From: a virus
DNA length: 64,000 bases
Virus record (IMG/VR): IMGVR_UViG_3300045988_133811
Coordinates: 72,790 to 136,789 of that record
Strand: one strand, 5' to 3'
The notes under the pieces were generated by a model. It worked only from the letters and a program-made list of their open reading frames with translations. It was not told the origin of the DNA and searched no databases. Of this stretch, positions 18,002-26,869 are shown piece after piece (position 1 is the first letter of the stretch; the number at the start of each line of letters is the position of its first letter). A program made the position numbers and the translations under genes.

Positions 18002-18724
18002 ATGAGTAACACAGGATGGATCAAACTCCATCGGAAAATTACAGATCATTGGCTATGGGAAGACAAACCATTTGCCAGAGGACAAGCAATGATTGACTTA
18101 CTTATTCTCGCAGGTTATAATAATCAACCTAAGTATGTTGATGGAAACTTAGAAATAGTCGAGCGAGGATCGATGGTTACTTCGATCAGAAGATTGTGTG
18201 ATCGATGGGGGTGGAGTAATTCAAAGGTTATCAAATTTTTAAAGACACTGGAAAACGACAGTATCATACATGTAAAAAGCGACACTAAAAAGACGGTCAT
18301 AACCATAGTAAATTACAGTGTTTATCAAGGTTTTGTAGACGAACAAGCTACACAGAAAGGACACCAAAACGACGCAGAAGCGACACATAAAAAGAAAGTA
18401 AAGAATAATAATAAATATAATAATAATAATATAAAGCGATTCACACCGCCTGATTGCGAGCAAGTCTCCAGATATTGTCAACAAAGAAACAATGGGATTG
18501 ATCCAGAAGAGTTTGTGGATTATTACACAGCCAAAGATTGGATGATGGGCAATAGCAAGATGCAAGACTGGAAGGCAGCAGTACGAAACTGGGAACGAAA
18601 TCAGGCTAAGAAGAACGCTAAACAAAAGCCAAAGGTAACGAACCTTGCACACTTGGAATGTGATCGTGATTATGATTTTGGTGCGTTGGAAAGACAGTTG
18701 TTTGAGAAGCAGATGACAGGATAA
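18002..18724 (+). CDS. Phage replication initiation / replisome organizer protein (DnaD-like C-terminal domain)
   Basis: N-terminus WIKLHRKITDHWLW...RGQAMIDLLILAGY and C-terminus EEFVDYYTAKDWMMGNSKMQDWKAAVRNWERNQ are typical of this family. Confidence 0.6.
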   Translation: MSNTGWIKLHRKITDHWLWEDKPFARGQAMIDLLILAGYNNQPKYVDGNLEIVERGSMVTSIRRLCDRWGWSNSKVIKFLKTLENDSIIHVKSDTKKTVITIVNYSVYQGFVDEQATQKGHQNDAEATHKKKVKNNNKYNNNNIKRFTPPDCEQVSRYCQQRNNGIDPEEFVDYYTAKDWMMGNSKMQDWKAAVRNWERNQAKKNAKQKPKVTNLAHLECDRDYDFGALERQLFEKQMTG

Positions 18725-18745
18725 GTTTGACGAAAGGATGGAAAA

Positions 18746-19210
18746 ATGTCAGAAAATATTTATATTCACTACGGAAGTGATAAGTTTGAGAAAGAGTTGT
18801 TTATGTCAATTGTGAACAGAAACATGATTAACAAACCATTTGGAGGTTTATGGGCATCGGATATAAAGGCGGATCAGCCGTGGGAGAAATGGTGTATTGA
18901 TAATGATTTTAGAATTGATAAACTAGACAAAAACTTTAAATTTACATTGGATGATTCGGCAAATATTGTTGAATGGACAGCGAAAGCCGATTTAAAGCAG
19001 GTTCCAACGCAAGATCTATCGGGATATCTCCCAGAATATTTATTTGATACAATGGGCGTTGTGCCAGATTTTGAGAAGATGGTCGAAGATGGAGTTGATG
19101 CAATTAAGCTTAATTTATCCAAAGGTGATTATGAGTTATATTATGAGCTTTACGGTTGGGATTGTGATAGTATTCTGATCATGAATCCTGATATTATTAG
19201 ACCATTGTAG
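18746..19210 (+). CDS. Hypothetical protein (154 aa)
   Basis: RBS gaaaggatgg. Confidence 0.55.
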   Translation: MSENIYIHYGSDKFEKELFMSIVNRNMINKPFGGLWASDIKADQPWEKWCIDNDFRIDKLDKNFKFTLDDSANIVEWTAKADLKQVPTQDLSGYLPEYLFDTMGVVPDFEKMVEDGVDAIKLNLSKGDYELYYELYGWDCDSILIMNPDIIRPL

Positions 19211-19363
19211 AAATTGAATAACAGAATGAGATTGAGAAGCTTATGGCTTCTTTTTATTTTGCCTAAATTTAGAGAATAGGAGTAAGAATTATAGAATTAA
19301 TCGAAGTAGAAATTAGACCAGAAGTACGTGAACAGTGCAATAATTAGAGAGGAGATTGGAACA

Positions 19364-19660
19364 ATGAAATTATACGGAACAGTGAATACAGAGGTTGATG
19401 TGAGTAAATATAATATATTAATAGCTGCGGCTCAAATACTATACGATGGACATCTATATGATAGTTGGGGAATTCATACAGAGTTATTGGAGTCAGATCA
19501 TAGAGAAAATAACACTGGTAAAAGAGCATTATTTAAGGTTGAAGATATATCATATCATGGTTCCCCAGTATGGAAATATACATTGATTACTGACGATGAA
19601 AATGCAATAAATGATTTTCTGTTGGCACAGGAAATAGAAAAAGTAATTAAGAGAGTGTAA
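19364..19660 (+). CDS. Hypothetical protein
   Basis: Track frame 19328..19660. ATG at 19364 after the RBS agaggagattgg. Confidence 0.5.
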   Translation: MKLYGTVNTEVDVSKYNILIAAAQILYDGHLYDSWGIHTELLESDHRENNTGKRALFKVEDISYHGSPVWKYTLITDDENAINDFLLAQEIEKVIKRV

Positions 19661-19686
19661 GAATAATTAAGAGAGGAGAGATTATC

Positions 19687-20637
19687 ATGGCAGCAACACA
19701 GTTTGAAGTTATTAAAACAGCAAACAATAATAACGCAGAAGAACCTGAAGCAAAGATCAAAAGACGTAAGGACGGAAATCCTAAATGGACTCGATCTAAT
19801 AAACAAAAAGGCGTATCATCTTTAGTGTATCCAATTAAGAACAAAGAAAAATTTGCAGCCTTTAATGCATATTTTAGAGACCAGATTGATAAATCGTACA
19901 CAGAGTACAAACGATATGTAGCTGCCAGAAACAATCTTTTGGTTGCAGTTGGAAACAATACAGCATATCGTATCTCTGATATCGTCAGACTCAAATGGGG
20001 CGATTTATTAGACGATAAGACTCGTAAGCAGGAAAAGAAAACAAAGAAATTCAGAACTGTATACTTTAACGATTTGGTAACTGAAGCAGTGGATATTTTC
20101 TTTGAAGCTGTTGCAGGAACTAAATATGATGTCAAGATTGATGGCGAAGTGCCAATGGATGATTATGTTTTTGGAACATGTAAGTCTGGATCAGGACACA
20201 TGACTGAAGCAAATGCTTTGGATTTTGTTAAAAAAGGTGCTAAAGCAGTTGGAATTGAGGACAATATTGGTACGCATACATTACGAAAGAACTTTGTGTA
20301 TTGGACACTTGTCGATCATAAAGATGATCAGAACGTATTGTATACACTTATGAGATTATTGAATCATAGTAGCCCTGCAATGACATTTCTGTATGCAACA
20401 ATCACAGAGGAAGAAACTCATGTATTGTTTGATGATATTGCGCAGACATACAAGGAAATTATCAGTGGGGCTTTTAACGGATTGAAGGAAAATGTTGTTA
20501 ATGTGAGTTATGATAGAGTTATGGAGATTATCAAGTTTGCTTATAAGACTGGCAAAGATGATGCAGATCAAGATGATAGAGTACATGAAGATAATATGCA
20601 GGCATTAGAAGAGTTATTGGAAGGAGTAATTGTATGA
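19687..20637 (+). CDS. Tyrosine recombinase (phage integrase family)
   Basis: Box I AYRISDIVRLKWGDL, HTLRKNF (HxxR) and LLNHSSPAMTFLYA (H...Y catalytic Tyr). RBS agaggagag. Confidence 0.75.
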   Translation: MAATQFEVIKTANNNNAEEPEAKIKRRKDGNPKWTRSNKQKGVSSLVYPIKNKEKFAAFNAYFRDQIDKSYTEYKRYVAARNNLLVAVGNNTAYRISDIVRLKWGDLLDDKTRKQEKKTKKFRTVYFNDLVTEAVDIFFEAVAGTKYDVKIDGEVPMDDYVFGTCKSGSGHMTEANALDFVKKGAKAVGIEDNIGTHTLRKNFVYWTLVDHKDDQNVLYTLMRLLNHSSPAMTFLYATITEEETHVLFDDIAQTYKEIISGAFNGLKENVVNVSYDRVMEIIKFAYKTGKDDADQDDRVHEDNMQALEELLEGVIV

Positions 20638-21380
20638 TATTTGTAACAGGAGATACACATGGGGATTGGATGACTCGATTAAACAGTCGTTCTTTCCCAG
20701 AGGGAGTTGAGTTAACCAAAGATGATTATGTGATTATCTGCGGAGATTTTGGACTGTGGCATGACACAAAAGAAGAACGATATAATCTGGAATGGTTAGA
20801 TAACAAGCCATTTACTACATTGTTTGTATGTGGGAATCATGAAAATTACGACCGCTTATATCAATATCCTGTAGAGAAATGGTGTGGCGGAAAGATTCAC
20901 AAGATCAAAGACTCTGTATTTCATCTTATGCGTGGACAGGTGTTTGAAATTCAAGGAAAGAAATTCTTTACATTTGGCGGTGCCAGTTCCCATGATGTGC
21001 AAGATGGAATTTTAGAGCCAGACGATCCAAGAATTAATGAATGGTACAGAGATTATGACAAAATGTTTAGGATTAATCATGTGAGCTGGTGGAAAGAAGA
21101 ATTGCCATCTGATAAAGAGATGGCAGAAGGTGTGATGAATTTAGAGAAAAATGACTTCCAAGTAGATTACGTTATTACACATAGTCCATACACATCTGTT
21201 TTAAGACAAATGGATCAAGGATCAGGAGTGTACAAATCTGACAAGTTAACGGATTATTTACAGCAAATAAAAGACAAAGTGATTTATCAAAAATGGTTCT
21301 TTGGGCATATGCATGTGAACCAGAACTTTCCAGAAGATAATGCGATTGCAATTTACGAACAAATTATTAGGATTTTATAG
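20634..21380 (+). CDS. Calcineurin-like metallophosphoesterase
   Basis: Motifs GDTHG, GDFGLW and GNHE; start overlaps the upstream stop. Confidence 0.75.
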   Translation: MIFVTGDTHGDWMTRLNSRSFPEGVELTKDDYVIICGDFGLWHDTKEERYNLEWLDNKPFTTLFVCGNHENYDRLYQYPVEKWCGGKIHKIKDSVFHLMRGQVFEIQGKKFFTFGGASSHDVQDGILEPDDPRINEWYRDYDKMFRINHVSWWKEELPSDKEMAEGVMNLEKNDFQVDYVITHSPYTSVLRQMDQGSGVYKSDKLTDYLQQIKDKVIYQKWFFGHMHVNQNFPEDNAIAIYEQIIRIL

Positions 21381-21391
21381 GAGAATTTTGT

Positions 21392-21712
21392 ATGAAGATA
21401 AATACGATTAGACAAAATAAGGAAGAAAAGAAAGCAAACCAGAATCTTATGTGGATTTCAGCAGAGATTCCACCATTAAAACCAGATAATGCATCACGTT
21501 ACATGAGGTATAAAACATATCCTGTTATTGTGGATTACAAATATAATGATGGATGTGTGGACGAAGTGCTTGATTTTTGTGACTATGATTTTGAAGAAAA
21601 GAAATGGAAACTGGATAAGCCTCATAAAGTTAGACAGTATTTCCCCCTTCCAAGTAAGCACAAAGTAAAGTGTTCGAACAAAAAGAGAACATCTGTTCGA
21701 AAAATATCTTGA
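21392..21712 (+). CDS. Hypothetical protein (106 aa)
   Basis: RBS taggagaa. Confidence 0.5.
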   Translation: MKINTIRQNKEEKKANQNLMWISAEIPPLKPDNASRYMRYKTYPVIVDYKYNDGCVDEVLDFCDYDFEEKKWKLDKPHKVRQYFPLPSKHKVKCSNKKRTSVRKIS

Positions 21713-21784
21713 TTTTGTTCTATGGTAGCATTATAATAAGAAATGTAGAGATTCTTTGTTCACAACAAAAATTAACTTTCTTTC

Positions 21785-21822
21785 TTGCACCTATTGACAG
21801 GGTGCAAAAAGTATGGTATATT
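21785..21822 (+). promoter_or_regulatory. Promoter with the -35 inside an inverted repeat: ttgcacc-TATTGACAG-ggtgcaa; TTGACA (21794-21799), 17-bp spacer, TATATT (21817-21822)
   Basis: Perfect 7-bp inverted repeat flanking the -35 hexamer; correct spacing to the -10. Confidence 0.55.
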
Positions 21823-21872
21823 TAATTCATGAAAACAAAAAATGCAACTGGGGAAAGTTGAGGGACGTAAAA

Positions 21873-22322
21873 ATGAACGGATATACTAACAAAGAAAGAA
21901 AAGGAAACGATAACAGAAAAAGAAAAGAATATGTATATGGCAAATATCAAAATCCTCAAGTTTGGGGAATATATTTTGCAGATTTGCCGAAAATTGAAGG
22001 TAGTCATATCTTGCATGGGAAAAGACCAGTCATCGTATATTCTAATAATATTTGTAATAATACGAGCACAGAGATTAACGTGTATCCAATTACAAAAAAA
22101 TTAAGGAACTGGATACCGACACATGTAACCATTTATCCAAATACCAGTAATGGATTAAAAATGGTATCACATGTGTATTTAGAGCAAGGAAGAACAATTC
22201 CAAAGAATAATCTTTTAGAGTATTGGGGAAGAATATCTGATCTATCTTTAATGTTAAAAATAGGACATGGCATTTTAATACAAAACGGCATGTTATCGTA
22301 CATGAATGCAATGGCATCCTAG
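21873..22322 (+). CDS. MazF/PemK-family endoribonuclease toxin-like protein
   Basis: Track frame 21813..22322; start at ATG 21873 after the RBS gaggga. WGIYFADLPKIEGSHILHGKRPVIVYSNN...EINVYPITKK...HVTIYPN...SHVYLEQGRTIPKNNL matches the PemK/MazF pattern (RPxlVls, PiTs, dQiRtid). Confidence 0.55.
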   Translation: MNGYTNKERKGNDNRKRKEYVYGKYQNPQVWGIYFADLPKIEGSHILHGKRPVIVYSNNICNNTSTEINVYPITKKLRNWIPTHVTIYPNTSNGLKMVSHVYLEQGRTIPKNNLLEYWGRISDLSLMLKIGHGILIQNGMLSYMNAMAS

Positions 22323-22336
22323 AAATGGAGAATATT

Positions 22337-23353
22337 ATGAATAATAAAGAATTGATACAAAATTATATAGATTCTCACGTATCAGAATCACGTCGCCCAA
22401 CATGGAATTGGTTGTTAGATTCTGATATTGCGGACGACAATGAATCTGGGTTAACGTATGCACCAGGTACAATCCAAGAGGCTATATTATCAGATACTAG
22501 AGGTAAAAAAACCAAAAGTATGAATTCTATTAAAAAAAGATATGACCAGCTCGTTAAACTATATACTTATGCATATGAACAAAATTACATTAAATATAAT
22601 CCATTTGTTAATGATAAATTTATAAACTTGCAATTAGCAGTTGATATATATTTTTCAAATAGAGTTAATGTTAATTATGTTACACCAGATAAAATAAATG
22701 CGTTTATTTCGAATCTGATGTCGTGCAATGCATCAGCCGATACCAAATTGAATACTAGATTTCATATTGTGAGTTTATATAATGGGATAAATGGAAAGGA
22801 GTTAAGAAATCTAAAATTCTCAGATATTAATCAAAATGATTTAACAATTTTTGGGAAACCAGTCTCCAAAGATTTTATCGAGACATTGAATGAATATAAA
22901 TTGAAAATGGGAGATACGAATATATATCATGATTTTGTATTAATACCACGAAAAAAATGTAATAATATAGAAGAATATCAAGCAGAGCAAAAGAGGATAT
23001 ATAATAATGTGCAGTCTCAATTAGAATTAACTGGTAACACTTTATCTTATGAGAAATTGACAACCATTGATGTTATTAATTCTGGTTTTATACAATATTT
23101 AAAATCTAAAATGGATATCAAGGCAATTGCAGATTTGTATTATATTAAATCAAAAGAAGGAATCGCACGATCTGTAATCGCACGTCAATTTAGTGAAATT
23201 GCAATTGAATTTTATTATAATTATTATATATCATATAGAATAAAAAAGAAACAATTTAGTGATCGTCAAACGGTAATCGGTAAAAGTATTGGTTACCTAT
23301 ATAAAGATGAGGACTATAAGAATTATCGTGCACATCAAATCATGGCAGAATAA
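22337..23353 (+). CDS. Hypothetical protein; possible divergent tyrosine-recombinase-like fold
   Basis: Track frame 22325..23353; ATG 22337 after ggaga. The segment TRFHIVSLYNGINGKELRNLKFSDI resembles integrase box I. No clear HxxR/Y motifs. Confidence 0.3.
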   Translation: MNNKELIQNYIDSHVSESRRPTWNWLLDSDIADDNESGLTYAPGTIQEAILSDTRGKKTKSMNSIKKRYDQLVKLYTYAYEQNYIKYNPFVNDKFINLQLAVDIYFSNRVNVNYVTPDKINAFISNLMSCNASADTKLNTRFHIVSLYNGINGKELRNLKFSDINQNDLTIFGKPVSKDFIETLNEYKLKMGDTNIYHDFVLIPRKKCNNIEEYQAEQKRIYNNVQSQLELTGNTLSYEKLTTIDVINSGFIQYLKSKMDIKAIADLYYIKSKEGIARSVIARQFSEIAIEFYYNYYISYRIKKKQFSDRQTVIGKSIGYLYKDEDYKNYRAHQIMAE

Positions 23354-23367
23354 AGGAAGGTATATGT

Positions 23368-23733
23368 ATGGACAATCAAATATTGGAAATGTTAGCAGCG
23401 AATCAATCAAATCAAATGCATATTGATGTACTTGATTTACACTCATCAGAAATGTCATCGTGGTTTCTGAGTGAATATAAGATTCGAGCAGATGATAGAA
23501 AGATGAAGATCTATGGCAAAGATAAAGATCTTTCATATCATTGGATCGAATTTATTCAAGATGAGAATTTGTTCTCTCATATTAGGCAGGACGACATATT
23601 TGACATAATCAAATGCCTGCAATTTACATACAAAGAGAGATACAATGTTGGAATAAAAATACAGACAATAAAAAAGAAAGCAGAAGTCTTTGGTAAAACT
23701 TCTACTTTCACACAAACTAAAAATTTCAACTAA
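23368..23733 (+). CDS. Hypothetical protein (121 aa)
   Basis: RBS aaaggaaggt. Confidence 0.55.
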   Translation: MDNQILEMLAANQSNQMHIDVLDLHSSEMSSWFLSEYKIRADDRKMKIYGKDKDLSYHWIEFIQDENLFSHIRQDDIFDIIKCLQFTYKERYNVGIKIQTIKKKAEVFGKTSTFTQTKNFN

Positions 23734-23927
23734 ACAAATCATAGATAACAAAAAAAGATTTTTTGAATCTACCGTGTTGGCAGCACGATAGAAAATCGAA
23801 TTTGATATTTAGAATTGTTTAATCTGAAAGGATAATAATATCCTTGAAATCATTATAACAATTCTAAACATGTTCGTCAACATGAAAATTTTTCCAAAAA
23901 AACTACAATTAAATACAGGAGTGATGT

Positions 23928-24578
23928 ATGAAATACATAATTACGAATGGAGAGTTCTATGTGAAAAGAGATCATGCAAGAAATAAATACGTTCGTGATA
24001 ATCGTAAGTCTGAAGCTACTCAATTTACATCTAAGCAAGCAAAGCACATTTTAGGTTTGAAGCATAAATATACGTGGATGAAAGACGGATTTTATGCCCG
24101 AGAAATTGAGCTAGGTAAAGTTGGAAAACCCATGGAATCTAGCGAAATAATGCGAAAAGGTAATGGAAATTGCTTTATGGACTGGGAATGTGATAATACA
24201 TTGATCGACAACATAGAGACTGAGGAAAGAGCTATAGTAGGGCTTTTAGCATATGACTCAGATCAATTAGGAGAAAAGAAGTTTGAATTAGAGCAGGCGT
24301 TATCATATGCCGACTCTGCCAGAAGTGATATTCTTCATGCGATTGAGTTTAAAAAGATTGATGCTGCGAAACGTGCAGTGATTGTTGGGTATCTTAAAAC
24401 CTTACAAGAATTACACAGAAAGATCAAGAATTGTATTCGATACATAGAAGTGATGCAAAATTGCATGGATAATCAGAAAGACATATGTACTTTGAAGAAA
24501 GAATTAAAAGATGCAGAGCATAAACCTTATGTCGGTAGAACAAAGTATTATGAGCTGATCCAGAATATAATCGGGTAG
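23928..24578 (+). CDS. Hypothetical protein (216 aa)
   Basis: RBS acaggagtg; follows a 190-bp intergenic region rich in dyad symmetry. Confidence 0.55.
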   Translation: MKYIITNGEFYVKRDHARNKYVRDNRKSEATQFTSKQAKHILGLKHKYTWMKDGFYAREIELGKVGKPMESSEIMRKGNGNCFMDWECDNTLIDNIETEERAIVGLLAYDSDQLGEKKFELEQALSYADSARSDILHAIEFKKIDAAKRAVIVGYLKTLQELHRKIKNCIRYIEVMQNCMDNQKDICTLKKELKDAEHKPYVGRTKYYELIQNIIG

Positions 24579-24661
24579 AGTTTCTTCCTTATTATATATG
24601 ATGACTCGCACAGGCATTTGTGCAAAATTAAAATGTAAAATTATAACTTAGGAGGTATTTA

Positions 24662-25492
24662 ATGACAGAAGAAAAGAATATGGTAAATGAAGGATTAAAC
24701 ACATTGGTGTTTAATAATGATGAATTTGGGAATATCAGAACGGTAATCTTAAATAATAACCCGTGGTTCGTAGGGAAAGATGTAGCTGAGTGTCTTGGTT
24801 ATACAAATTCGAAGAAAGCAATTCGAGATCATGTTGACGATGAAGATAAAATTATGGGGGAACGAAACGTTACCCCATCTATAACAGACAAATTAGGGAG
24901 AGTTCAATACCCAGTGTTTATTAATGAGTCAGGACTTTATGCATTAATCTTTGGAAGTAAGCTTGATAAGGCAAAAGAATTCAAGCATTGGGTAACATCA
25001 GAAGTTCTTCCGCAGATTCGTAAGACAGGCGGATATATTCCAATTGAAAAAGACGATGATGATTTAACTATCATGGCGAAAGCATTGAATATTATGCAAA
25101 ACACTTTGGAACAAAAGGATGAACTATTAGCCCAGAAAGAAGAAGTTATCAGTAAACAGAAGCCACTTGTTGATTTTGCCAATACGGTCAGTGCCACACC
25201 AACAATGGTTGATATGAAAACAATGGCAAAGCTTCTTGAGAAAGAAAATCAAGATATTCATATGGGCAGAAACAAATTATTTGCGTGGTTAAGAAAAGAA
25301 GGGTATCTCATGTCAGATAATACCCCATATGAAAGATATGTTAAGCAGGGCATTTTCAAATTAACAGAAAGTGAAGTTGAAACTAAGAATGGAAACAAGT
25401 TGATCACCAAAACATATGTGACTGGCAAAGGGCAATTATACTTGGCAAAGAAATTAGCACAATACTTTGCCTCACAGAGTGCATCAGCTTAG
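24662..25492 (+). CDS. Phage antirepressor (Bro-N domain + KilA-C/ORF6C-like C-terminal domain)
   Basis: LVFNNDEFGNIRTVILNNNPWFVGKDVAECLGYTNSKKAIRDHVDDEDK...SGLYALIFGSKLDKAKEFKHWVTSEVLPQIRKTGGY is a classic Bro-N. RBS ttaggaggt. Confidence 0.75.
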   Translation: MTEEKNMVNEGLNTLVFNNDEFGNIRTVILNNNPWFVGKDVAECLGYTNSKKAIRDHVDDEDKIMGERNVTPSITDKLGRVQYPVFINESGLYALIFGSKLDKAKEFKHWVTSEVLPQIRKTGGYIPIEKDDDDLTIMAKALNIMQNTLEQKDELLAQKEEVISKQKPLVDFANTVSATPTMVDMKTMAKLLEKENQDIHMGRNKLFAWLRKEGYLMSDNTPYERYVKQGIFKLTESEVETKNGNKLITKTYVTGKGQLYLAKKLAQYFASQSASA

Positions 25493-25506
25493 AGAGGAGA
25501 CAAAGA

Positions 25507-26847
25507 ATGGACGAAAATAAAACGGGCGTTTGGATAAAAATGAGGAGTGGAGAAAAACTTAGGTATGACCATGATTGGATGGAACCATTTGGTGTAGGTG
25601 ATCTGGTCGAAATAAATAGTGAAGATATGTATGTAAACTTTAAAATTGTAACTGTTGAATCCAGAAATAATCCATCAATAACTACTTATGGAATCAAACC
25701 TCAAGTTAGAATTGATCGAACTCTACATCCTCATGATGTTACTAAATTTCGAAATGCTGAAGCAATTGTAATGGATGTGAATAAATACAGTCAGGCATTG
25801 ATTATTGTTCCATTTTGGTATAACAAAAAACTATATAGAAACCAGAGAATACGTTCGTCAGAAGTTGCCATTACAATTACAAGAATAGAAAAATTAAAAA
25901 CAATAAATGAAGATATTGAGATTCAGACAGGTACGATTTCAGCCGACAAAATACAGATTGATACATTAACTCTACCGTCACTCTCAGAAAGAAGAGTGTC
26001 TGCTCTGTCACACTATCAGCAAAAACCAATTACTGCAACGTCAGAACCAATAAAGAATGAGGTTGGTGAGCTTTTAGCCACAGGGAAATCGTGGATGATA
26101 CATGACGACCGTGGGTTGAGTCCTTATGCACCAACACATATTGATTGGAATGGTGAAATGAGTGCGACTTTAACATTCTCGCCAAAAAAAATTGATGAAA
26201 TCATGAACAAACTTGCAGGAAACGAAGAGGAGAAAGATATGTATACAGAAAAATTAAAAGACAAAATCAAAAAAGTTATTTATGTAGACAAAGAGATGAC
26301 AGTTAGGGAACCTATTTTAGATAGTAATGGTAAGCCACTCGAAAGAGGTGGTAAACCAGTAACTAAGGCTAAATTTTACAGAGGTATGGTTAAGGTGGTT
26401 TGGAACTGTGGTACTGAAACTGTTGCTTATACAAGCAGATTCGACAGATTTAACAGAGAAGAAGGTTTCAAGACTTGTGTATTAAAATACCTGTTTGGTA
26501 ACGCAGGCGCCTATGATGCTGTTGACTTCTGGACAAACAAATATGTGAAATATCCAAGTAGCTGCATTGAAGTGACAGAAAATTTATGCAAACTGGAAGA
26601 GATCATCGAGAATGATAAGCACAGAGAAGAGGAACGCAAAGGTTTACCTCATGCAAAATTCTTAAGAAGAACGGTGGATCGTTTAGTACCTAGCTTTTCA
26701 GATGACAAATTACATTATGCACCAGAAGATGAAAAGCTTGCTAATGAATTTAAGAAATTAGCAAAGAAATATTTTCCAGAACTTAAATGTAGGGAAATTT
26801 ATATTAATGATAGAAAACAGGAAGACGTTTTCGTAGCAATTAAATAA
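25507..26847 (+). CDS. Hypothetical protein (446 aa)
   Basis: RBS agaggaga; no motif recognised. Confidence 0.55.
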   Translation: MDENKTGVWIKMRSGEKLRYDHDWMEPFGVGDLVEINSEDMYVNFKIVTVESRNNPSITTYGIKPQVRIDRTLHPHDVTKFRNAEAIVMDVNKYSQALIIVPFWYNKKLYRNQRIRSSEVAITITRIEKLKTINEDIEIQTGTISADKIQIDTLTLPSLSERRVSALSHYQQKPITATSEPIKNEVGELLATGKSWMIHDDRGLSPYAPTHIDWNGEMSATLTFSPKKIDEIMNKLAGNEEEKDMYTEKLKDKIKKVIYVDKEMTVREPILDSNGKPLERGGKPVTKAKFYRGMVKVVWNCGTETVAYTSRFDRFNREEGFKTCVLKYLFGNAGAYDAVDFWTNKYVKYPSSCIEVTENLCKLEEIIENDKHREEERKGLPHAKFLRRTVDRLVPSFSDDKLHYAPEDEKLANEFKKLAKKYFPELKCREIYINDRKQEDVFVAIK

Positions 26848-26869
26848 CAAAATGAAAAGGAGATAAATT

